The notes under the pieces: generated by a model
The model's database searches: none
What the model was told of the DNA's origin: nothing
The model's input: only the letters and a program-made list of their open reading frames with translations
In this document: positions 27,025 to 34,397 of the stretch, piece by piece
Numbering within the stretch: the first letter of the stretch is position 1
How the letters are laid out: each line of letters opens with the position of its first letter
Position numbers and translations under genes: made by a program
From: an uncultured Actinomycetes bacterium
GTDB lineage: Bacteria; Actinomycetota; Actinomycetes; S36-B12; UBA5976
Assembly (NCBI GenBank): GCA_903951185.1
Contig: CAJBBC010000109.1
Coordinates: 1 to 34,397, forward strand
Direction: 5' to 3'
DNA length: 34,397 nucleotides

Positions 27025-27722
27025 TTGTTAAGCGTTATTTTGTCACCGGCAAAATATTGAGTCTTCTCACCGTTTTTAAAAATCCAAACAGATTTATTCC
27101 CTTGGACTTCCCACTGCGTTAATCCACCTACGAGTGCAGTTTCTTCGTCAATTCCGACAACTGTTAAACCTTTTGGTTCTTGTAAATAATGCAAAATAGT
27201 TGCGCCAATTTTTGCAAACATCCGATCAAAATGAGGTAACACTCGAATATTTGGCAGAATTCCAAGTCCACTTGTTGTTTGTTTAGAAATACTTCTTATT
27301 GAGGGAATGTGATTAGCAATTGCCATTGCACCTGCACTGCAGCCAGCTAACGCAGCTCCATTTTGCCAGGCAGCATAAATTGAGTCCCATAATTTAGTGT
27401 CGCGAAGAGTATCGGCTAAGTAATGTGGATCACCGCCAGAAAAATAAATTAATCCAGCATTAGAAATTTTTTCACTGAATTCTGGATTCTGGGCATCGGC
27501 TCGATTGCGAATTAATAGTGGAATTGGATTAACACCTATTCGTTGTGCTTGAGCAATTCCTAATTGCTGCCAATAATTTAAAGTTGATTCGCCTTCGGGT
27601 GCAGCAGCAGTAGGAATTTGAATGTAATTACTTGGTCGTCCAGCGATTAATTTTGCTTCAATCTCGGCCATCACTGGCAAATACTCACCTGAACCAACAA
27701 GTGCAATCGGACCCGGTTTCAA
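27021..27722 (-). CDS. Peptidase S51 (PepE/cyanophycinase-like) protein
   Basis: GSGE, YFSGGDP, GCSAGA (Ser), PHFD (His) and GIDEET (Glu); the TTG start overlaps the upstream TGA. Confidence 0.88.
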   Translation of the reverse strand: MKPGPIALVGSGEYLPVMAEIEAKLIAGRPSNYIQIPTAAAPEGESTLNYWQQLGIAQAQRIGVNPIPLLIRNRADAQNPEFSEKISNAGLIYFSGGDPHYLADTLRDTKLWDSIYAAWQNGAALAGCSAGAMAIANHIPSIRSISKQTTSGLGILPNIRVLPHFDRMFAKIGATILHYLQEPKGLTVVGIDEETALVGGLTQWEVQGNKSVWIFKNGEKTQYFAGDKITLNN

Positions 27723-28882
27723 TTGGAGTCTATTTCCCAGCTCGAACCTTGAGCTGAATCTTTAATAGTGACACTAAGCGAAGTAAGTTGATCGCGAATA
27801 ACATCGGCTTCATCCCAGCGGCCACTCGCTCTAGCCGCTTGTCTGGCTTGGAGTAATACTTCTATATACGGGCCAACTACATCATTGATGTTTACTTTTG
27901 GACTCGCTGCCATTTGGCCAAGTCGAGTGATAAGTGCATGCACTATTGCTCGAGTTTCTAAATCGCGATCTAAATCGTCCAATTCAAGAAGTGCATCAAC
28001 AGCAGCCATTACTTGGCCTGTTTCCAGTAGCTGTTCAACTTCATCAGGCGGTGTAGGTAGATGTATAGGAGAAGTTGCTACAACTCGGGTGACGCCACCA
28101 TGTGCTGCGATTTCTTCAAATGTAGTTTGTTCACCGGCTTGAACTGTCCAAACTTTCTCACCTTTTCGAACTGTTAATTTTCCGCGGCCAAAAACTTTTA
28201 CTTCTTTGGTATCTAAATCGAAACTCACACCAGTGTGTTCATCGATACCAATTATGAAAGTTGATTCCGGTAGTTGCTCTTCAAGGATGCGCATTCGTCG
28301 TTCACCCATGTAGCAATAACGTGTATCGTGCGTTCCACCTTCAGCATTATCAAAATGTGGAACAACTACAGCATCAAGTCCGGTGAATTTACCAAGTATG
28401 TTCAAGCCTTCAAGCCAATATGGATCTTCCCCAGCTTTATAGATTTCATAAACAGGAATTGTTTTTGAGCCGATAGTCAGGGCGGCAGCAGAGGCAAAAA
28501 CTAAAGTACCCACATCAAGAACTTTTTCAAGTTGTTGGAAAATTGCGGTTTCACGCCAGACTCGAAGTGCGTAACTTGGCGAACCTGGTCCAGCAAATAC
28601 CCATTTTGCATTTCGGAGTTGGTTTACTGCAGCGGCAATTCGCGCAGGTGTTTCGCCGATACTTCTTAGTTGTACTGGAGAAGTTTCGATTCCAACGGAT
28701 TTCATAAAGTAATCGGAAATTCGATTAGTTAGTTCATCTACGTTTTCTTGAAAACCAAAAGGAGTGTCTAAAAAATATGCACTATCTGGAGTTGCTTTTG
28801 TGTTGGCCCAAATCTGCTGATGTGGCGTAACCATAGTGGGACTAGTTTCGCCCGAACCCATCACAACAATTTGTCTAGCCAT
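27719..28882 (-). CDS. Peptidase S51-fold hydrolase fused to a CysRS-like C-terminal anticodon-binding domain
   Basis: GSGE, FAGPGSP, FASAAA, PHFDN and GIDEHT; C-terminus RQAARASGRWDEADVIRDQLTSLSVTIKDSAQGSSW; probably leaderless (TGcGAGAAT 6 nt before the ATG). Confidence 0.85.
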   Translation of the reverse strand: MARQIVVMGSGETSPTMVTPHQQIWANTKATPDSAYFLDTPFGFQENVDELTNRISDYFMKSVGIETSPVQLRSIGETPARIAAAVNQLRNAKWVFAGPGSPSYALRVWRETAIFQQLEKVLDVGTLVFASAAALTIGSKTIPVYEIYKAGEDPYWLEGLNILGKFTGLDAVVVPHFDNAEGGTHDTRYCYMGERRMRILEEQLPESTFIIGIDEHTGVSFDLDTKEVKVFGRGKLTVRKGEKVWTVQAGEQTTFEEIAAHGGVTRVVATSPIHLPTPPDEVEQLLETGQVMAAVDALLELDDLDRDLETRAIVHALITRLGQMAASPKVNINDVVGPYIEVLLQARQAARASGRWDEADVIRDQLTSLSVTIKDSAQGSSWEIDSN

Positions 28883-28994
28883 TTTTCAATTCTCGCACTG
28901 TTTAGATCATTGAGCAGATCACGGTTTTGACCAGAATTCAAGGGGTTTAGGCCGATACCGATTGTTAACCTTTATATGTAAGAGTAAACACACT

Positions 28995-31151
28995 ATGTCC
29001 GATTTAGTCGCTTCCCAGCCACCAGCCGTAACGCTGCCTGGCGATCGATATCTGAATCGTGAGTTATCGTGGCTAGCTTTCAATCAGCGAGTACTTGAAT
29101 TAGCGCAAGACGAAAATATGGAACTACTTGAGCGAGTTAAGTACATATCGATTTTTTCAAGTAATTTAGATGAATTTTTCATGGTGCGTGTTGCCGGGTT
29201 AAAGCGGCGAATTGAAACTGGACTAGCCCGAAAAGACTCAAGTGGGATGCAACCTCGTGAACTACATGAAGCTATTTTGGCTGAGAGTTATTCGCAGATG
29301 AAAGAACTCGCAGCTACTTTTAATAATTCTGTATTACCAGCACTTGTCGCAAATGGAATTGAAATTTTACGCTGGGATGAATTAACAGTTGAAGAGCAAG
29401 AGCGCCTAAGCGTACTTTTTGCTGAACAGATTTTTCCAGTGCTAACACCACTTGCTGTCGACCCATCGCACCCATTCCCATATATTTCTGGTCTTTCATT
29501 AAATCTGGCTGTGCTAATGCAAAATCCAGATTCAGATAATGAATTATTCGCTCGAGTTAAAGTTCCGGCCTCATTACCAAGATTTTTTGAAGTTTCTCTT
29601 GAACGTTTTGTTCCACTTGAGGACGTTATTTCAGGGCATTTGAATATGTTGTTTCCTGGAATGAAAATAATGCAGCACCATACTTTTCGAGTCACTCGAA
29701 ATGAGGAACTCGAAGTTGAAGAGGATGATGCAGAGAATTTACTGCACGCCCTTGAGAAGGAATTAAGTCGCCGACGTTTCGGTGCTCCAGTTCGCCTTGA
29801 AGTCGAAAATTCTATTGACCCACACATACTTGATTTGATTGTTAGCGAAGTTGGAGTAGAGCAAAATGAAGTATTCAAGTTAACCGGACCCCTTGAACTT
29901 GAATCTTTAATGGAATTAGCAAAGTTAAAGCGCGAAGATTTGAGTGCGCCTGTTTTTGTATCTCGAACAAGTACCGCTTTGGCCGAGGTGGAATCCTCTT
30001 CAGCACCAGATGTACTCGAAGTTATGCGGCACCGGGATATTTTGCTGCATCATCCATATGATTCTTTTTCAACCAGTATGCAATTATTTTTGGAACAAGC
30101 GGCTGCTGATCCGAATGTATTAGCGATTAAGCAAACGCTTTACCGAACATCAGGCGACTCACCAATCGTTAACTCGTTAATCGACGCAGCGCGAGCCGGA
30201 AAACAGGTGCTAGCTGTCGTTGAAATTAAAGCCCGATTTGATGAGCTGAACAATATCGAATGGGCCCGAAAACTCGAAGAGTATGGCGTACATGTGGTCT
30301 ATGGAATTGTTGGATTGAAAACACATGCCAAACTTTGTTTAGTAGTTCGAAATGATGGTGGAAAGTTAAATCGGTATGTTCATATCGGCACTGGAAACTA
30401 CAATCCAAAAACTGCTCGAGCTTACGAGGATTATGGTCTACTAACTACCGACCCAAAGATTTGTGAAGATGTAGCAAGCTTGTTCAATTTACTTTCTGGC
30501 TACGGAGTGCAATCGAACTACAAGCGATTAATTGTTGCGCCTAAAGAATTGCGTAACACGCTTGTAGAAAAAATTGATCGCGAAACAGCTAATGCTTGGA
30601 TTGGTTTAACTGCCGGAATTCGAATTAAATGTAATTCGATTGTGGACGAAACAATCATTGACGCCCTTTATCGGGCATCTTGTGCCGGTGTAAAAGTCGA
30701 GGTTCTCGTTCGCGGTATGTGCTCAGTTAAGCCAGGAATCCCGGGACTATCCGAGAATATTCAAGTGCGAAGTATTTTAGGTCGCTTTCTTGAACATAGC
30801 CGAGTTTACGAATTCATGAACGCCGGCAGTCGTGAAGTTTGGATTGGCTCAGCAGATTTAATGCACCGAAATCTTGATCGCCGTGTTGAAGCACTCGTAC
30901 AAATTAACTTTCCGGAAGCTTCTTCAATAGTGCAAGTCCTTGACCTTGGATTTGCGCCTTCAACTTCCGCTTGGCACTTAGCCCCAAGCGGTGAGTGGAT
31001 TCGTCATAATCTTGATGCGGATGGCGAACCGCTTATTGATTTTCAGGAATATTTGATAAATAACCATCCGATTGCCAAATCAGGAGCCGATAATCCAACT
31101 CCACGTTTGATTAATTCGATCTTAAATAAGGTTGGTCTAGGTGAGCGATAA
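28995..31151 (+). CDS. ppk1: Polyphosphate kinase 1
   Basis: [40 protein letters not shown] and RFLEHSR. The ATG at 28995 is preferred to the TTG at 28962. Confidence 0.97.
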   Translation: MSDLVASQPPAVTLPGDRYLNRELSWLAFNQRVLELAQDENMELLERVKYISIFSSNLDEFFMVRVAGLKRRIETGLARKDSSGMQPRELHEAILAESYSQMKELAATFNNSVLPALVANGIEILRWDELTVEEQERLSVLFAEQIFPVLTPLAVDPSHPFPYISGLSLNLAVLMQNPDSDNELFARVKVPASLPRFFEVSLERFVPLEDVISGHLNMLFPGMKIMQHHTFRVTRNEELEVEEDDAENLLHALEKELSRRRFGAPVRLEVENSIDPHILDLIVSEVGVEQNEVFKLTGPLELESLMELAKLKREDLSAPVFVSRTSTALAEVESSSAPDVLEVMRHRDILLHHPYDSFSTSMQLFLEQAAADPNVLAIKQTLYRTSGDSPIVNSLIDAARAGKQVLAVVEIKARFDELNNIEWARKLEEYGVHVVYGIVGLKTHAKLCLVVRNDGGKLNRYVHIGTGNYNPKTARAYEDYGLLTTDPKICEDVASLFNLLSGYGVQSNYKRLIVAPKELRNTLVEKIDRETANAWIGLTAGIRIKCNSIVDETIIDALYRASCAGVKVEVLVRGMCSVKPGIPGLSENIQVRSILGRFLEHSRVYEFMNAGSREVWIGSADLMHRNLDRRVEALVQINFPEASSIVQVLDLGFAPSTSAWHLAPSGEWIRHNLDADGEPLIDFQEYLINNHPIAKSGADNPTPRLINSILNKVGLGER

Positions 31152-32058
31152 GCGCATCATTGCCGCTGGCGCGGTTGTTACTCGTGAAACTAATGGAGTT
31201 ACAGAATATCTTTTGATTTACCGTGGATACCGGGACGATTGGACTTTTCCAAAAGGAAAAGTTGACCCAGGTGAACATATTATTAGCGCAGCCATTCGAG
31301 AAGTTAGAGAAGAAACAGGATTTGCCGTTCAATTAGGAATACCGTTGCCGATGGCAACTTACCTGAAAAATAATTTAGTTAAAGATGTTCATTATTGGCA
31401 TGCAAAATTACTCGGTGGTACTTTTGTTAAGAATGATGAAGTTATTGAAATTAAGTGGCTAAATTTCGAGAAAACAAAAAAATTACTCACCTACGAACAT
31501 GATATTGAAATACTGGAAGCGGCGGCTCAAGCGGTCGAAACATCACCACTTATTGTCTTGCGACATACCCAGGCCATTAAACGAGCGGAGTGGGCTATAG
31601 CTAAAGATAGTTTGTCCGAGTTTGATGCCAGGCGTCCGCTAACCGCCGTTGGTCGAATTCAAGCAAATGGTTTAGTTCCAGCACTTGCTGCTTTTGGTAT
31701 TGCGCTTCTACACACTTCAGATTCCCGTCGCTGCCGAGATACCCTAGGCCCCTATTCAAGTGCGCGAAGTATCCCAATAACTCTTGAAGAAACTTTAAGT
31801 GAGGAACGTCATCTAGCGGATCCTAAAAAGGCACTTGCCCGAGTTGCTCAAATATTGAAATCGGAATTACCTCTGGCTATTTGTACGCATCGCCCAGTTT
31901 TGCCAACAATTATGGAAGCCTTGAGCGACTCAGTTGAACTATTGAATCCGACTAAAAAGTCATTTGATCCAGCTTTAACCCCTGGATCAATGGTGATCTT
32001 TCATCGGGACATTCGTGATTTAACAAAAGTTATTTCAGTAGAACGGCACATTCACTAA
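31141..32058 (+). CDS. mutT1: NUDIX hydrolase with a C-terminal histidine-phosphatase domain (MutT1-like)
   Basis: Nudix box GKVDPGE-x7-REVREETG; C-terminal LRH, R.L..G..QA, RC..T and CTH. Confidence 0.88.
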   Translation: MSDKRIIAAGAVVTRETNGVTEYLLIYRGYRDDWTFPKGKVDPGEHIISAAIREVREETGFAVQLGIPLPMATYLKNNLVKDVHYWHAKLLGGTFVKNDEVIEIKWLNFEKTKKLLTYEHDIEILEAAAQAVETSPLIVLRHTQAIKRAEWAIAKDSLSEFDARRPLTAVGRIQANGLVPALAAFGIALLHTSDSRRCRDTLGPYSSARSIPITLEETLSEERHLADPKKALARVAQILKSELPLAICTHRPVLPTIMEALSDSVELLNPTKKSFDPALTPGSMVIFHRDIRDLTKVISVERHIH

Positions 32059-32075
32059 ACCAAATAGCCGCGGAT

Positions 32076-32924
32076 TTATCCGAAGCGGCCTGAGATGTAA
32101 TCTTCAGTTCGAGTATCTGTTGGATTTGTAAAAATTTTCGTTGTTAAATCAACTTCAACTAAGTGTCCGTATCGCTGACCCCGGTCATCAACTTTTGCAC
32201 TAAAGAAAGCGGTCCGATCAGAAACACGAGCGGCTTGCTGCATATTGTGTGTCACGATAACAACCGTGTAGTCCGAAACCAGTTCAATCATCAAATCTTC
32301 AATTAAAGCTGTCGCGATTGGATCTAGAGATGCACAAGGTTCATCCATTAATAAGATATCTGGCTCAACAGCAATTGCTCGCGCAATACAAAGTCTTTGC
32401 TGTTGTCCACCAGATAGTGCAAAACCACTTTGATCTAATTTGTCTTTAACTTCACCCCAGAGTCCAGCCCGCGTTAAAGCATATTCAACTAAGTCTTCGG
32501 TTTCAGACTTATTCATTTTCATACCGGTAACGCGTGGGCCATAAGCGATATTGTCAAAAATTGATTTAGGAAAAGGATTTGGTTTTTGAAAAACCATTCC
32601 AATTCGGCGACGTACTTCAATGGCGTCAACTGAGGGGCCATAGAGATCGTGGCCGCGATAATCAATTCGACCATCAACACGTGCACCTGGAACTAAATCA
32701 TTCGTGCGATTAAGGCAACGCAGCACTGTTGATTTACCGCAACCGGAGGGACCGATAAAAGCCGTAATTTGATTACGACCAACATCAAGTGTGATGTCAC
32801 GCACGGCATGGAAGTCACCGTAATAGACATCTAAATTACTAATTTCCATAATCGGGTTAAACGTTGCAACACGGTCACTGTGCTTAACCGTCATCTGACG
32901 GGCACCGATACTTGATTCAGTCAT
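32076..32924 (-). CDS. pstB: Phosphate ABC transporter ATPase
   Basis: [38 protein letters not shown] and YISGRFG. Confidence 0.97.
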   Translation of the reverse strand: MTESSIGARQMTVKHSDRVATFNPIMEISNLDVYYGDFHAVRDITLDVGRNQITAFIGPSGCGKSTVLRCLNRTNDLVPGARVDGRIDYRGHDLYGPSVDAIEVRRRIGMVFQKPNPFPKSIFDNIAYGPRVTGMKMNKSETEDLVEYALTRAGLWGEVKDKLDQSGFALSGGQQQRLCIARAIAVEPDILLMDEPCASLDPIATALIEDLMIELVSDYTVVIVTHNMQQAARVSDRTAFFSAKVDDRGQRYGHLVEVDLTTKIFTNPTDTRTEDYISGRFG

Positions 32925-32939
32925 TTTTGCTCTCCCCTA

Positions 32940-33824
32940 TTACCAACGCTTGGCAAACTTATTGCGAATGAAAATTGCGATTGCATTCAAAGTCAACAAA
33001 ATTGCTAGCAATAAAATAATTGCTGCAGCTGCTAGAGTTTTGAATTCTTCTTGTGGTGCACTAGTCCAACCAAATATTTGAATTGGCATAGTGGTAAATC
33101 CAGCTGTTAAACCATTTGGATCGTAAGTGATGAAGACGAGAGCGCCAAGAAGTAATAGCGGTGCTGCTTCACCCATCGCTCTGGAAATTGCCAAAATAGT
33201 TCCGGTGGCAATTCCGGGCACCGCAGCTGGCAAGGTTTGCCGGCCAACAGTTTGTAATTGAGTTGCGCCTAGGGCCAATGACCCATCACGAATTTCTTGC
33301 GGTACTGCACGCAACGCTTCTCGGGTGGTCAAGATAATGACTGGGAGAATTAGCAACGCTAAAGCAAGCGCGCCACCAAATACCACATTCTTATTTTTAA
33401 AACCCATCAGCGACAAAATACCAAGTGTTAACATGCCGTAAAGAATTGCTGGCACCGCAGCCAAGTTTTGTATATTCAATTCAATCGCCCGGTTGTACCA
33501 CTTTGTTTTATCGGCAAATTCTTCTAAATAAATTGCTGAGGCGATTCCGATTGGGATTGCTAGCAGCGCAGTGATTGAAACTACAAATACTGAACCAAGT
33601 ATCGCTGCTCTGGCACCTGCATCTTTTGGTGTGGTGTTGTTGTACTCAGTGAATAAACGTAGGTCATATCGGCCAATACCATTCATAAAAGTAGTGACTA
33701 ACAAAATAACCAAGAACATGAAAGCGACAAAAAGACTGAACCAAAGTACGCCTAAGAAAAGCATTGACTTAATGTTGGATTCACTATTTTTGCTCTTATT
33801 TGTTACGCCGACATCAAATGACAT
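32940..33824 (-). CDS. pstA: Phosphate ABC transporter permease PstA
   Basis: AIYLEE, NLAAVPAILYG, EALRAVP...SLALGAT and RAMGEAAPL. Confidence 0.94.
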   Translation of the reverse strand: MSFDVGVTNKSKNSESNIKSMLFLGVLWFSLFVAFMFLVILLVTTFMNGIGRYDLRLFTEYNNTTPKDAGARAAILGSVFVVSITALLAIPIGIASAIYLEEFADKTKWYNRAIELNIQNLAAVPAILYGMLTLGILSLMGFKNKNVVFGGALALALLILPVIILTTREALRAVPQEIRDGSLALGATQLQTVGRQTLPAAVPGIATGTILAISRAMGEAAPLLLLGALVFITYDPNGLTAGFTTMPIQIFGWTSAPQEEFKTLAAAAIILLLAILLTLNAIAIFIRNKFAKRW

Positions 33825-34396
33825 TAGTAAGCCTCCCGGAAGCGACGTACCAATTTAATACTGATGAAATTAATTAGTAATGTTGAAATGAAAAGTAATA
33901 ACCCAACTGCAAATAATGTGTCGTACTGCAATGACCCAACCCGTGAATCACCAAGGGCGGCATTTGCAATGAAGCCAGTCATAGTTTGAGCGCCTTCAAG
34001 TGGATTAGCCGAAATATTCGGTTTATTTCCAGCAGCTAAAGCCACGATCATAGTTTCACCGACAGCGCGTGAGATACCTAAAACAATTGCAGCGGCAATA
34101 CCAGAAAGTGCGGCTGGAAAAACAACCCGCAAAGTTGTTTGCATTTTATTTGCCCCAAGGGCCATCGAACCTTGACGCATAGCCATCGGCACTGAAGAAA
34201 GTGCGTCTTCCGAAAGCGAGGCAATAGTAGGAATTATCATCACGCCCATAACTAAGCCAGCTGACAGCACTGAGAATGTGCCAATGTCTAGTTGTAGCCA
34301 ACCCTTTAAAACAATTCTGGTCACAAATTCAATGGCAAAAAATCCATACACGACTGTTGGAATACCAGCTAAAAGTTCAAGGACTGGCTTTAATTT
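33824..34396 (-). CDS. pstC: Phosphate ABC transporter permease PstC (5'-partial)
   Basis: The frame is open to the window edge (KPVLELLAGIPTVVYG); SEDAL and SRAVGETM motifs. Confidence 0.93.
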   Translation of the reverse strand, partial: KLKPVLELLAGIPTVVYGFFAIEFVTRIVLKGWLQLDIGTFSVLSAGLVMGVMIIPTIASLSEDALSSVPMAMRQGSMALGANKMQTTLRVVFPAALSGIAAAIVLGISRAVGETMIVALAAGNKPNISANPLEGAQTMTGFIANAALGDSRVGSLQYDTLFAVGLLLFISTLLINFISIKLVRRFREAY

Positions 34397-34397
34397 G

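Noticed and set aside
27719-28882. Calling the 387-aa gene a cysteinyl-tRNA synthetase
   Set aside because: Only the C-terminal anticodon-binding segment resembles CysRS; the HIGH/KMSKS motifs and catalytic domain are absent.
28960-28994. GTTAACC as a PHO-box half-site upstream of ppk1
   Set aside because: There is no second repeat at 11-nt spacing; TGtTAACCT is better read as an extended -10.
29288-29878. Long antisense or alternate-frame ORFs (this 196-aa one, also 9656-10099, 11676-12092, 17955-18395, 5104-5466 and others)
   Set aside because: They lie inside well-supported genes, show no recognisable motifs and have no initiation signals; they are expected shadow ORFs.
1-34397. tRNA, rRNA, IS elements or a horizontally acquired island
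   Set aside because: Spacers are short and show no cloverleaf, transposase or terminal repeats; no obvious compositional break was seen by eye.

Overview
Gene-dense, low-GC (roughly 43% by eye) chromosomal segment of an actinobacterium. Mycothiol synthase, GlnR, ribosomal protein bS22 and Streptomyces/Mycobacterium-like gene order, together with very short spacers, suggest a streamlined lineage such as freshwater Ca. Nanopelagicales (inference). In order it holds: a 5'-truncated kinase-M23-class III aminotransferase fusion, a Cas4/RecB-like nuclease, menDCB/menEA, system II cytochrome c maturation genes, a cobA-hemD fusion and rex with the other hem genes missing, proline dehydrogenase, radA, dtd, a small ORF-nitrobindin-Nur-ygfZ operon, DUF4395, thioredoxin, glnR, mshD, two peptidase S51-fold genes, ppk1-mutT1 and pstCAB. 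Three real-looking small ORFs are missing from the ORF track: bS22, a 33-aa membrane peptide and a 26-aa Cys-rich leader. The best candidate for an undescribed system is the S51 pair. One partner fuses an intact Ser-His-Glu hydrolase to a CysRS-type tRNA(Cys) anticodon-binding domain. Other highlights are a Cys attenuator with an SD-sequestering hairpin, two PafBC-type promoters, a probable CTG start codon, a Nur-like box and the lone retention of cobA-hemD. No tRNA, rRNA, CRISPR array or mobile element was seen. All family assignments come from motif recognition; no database search was run.
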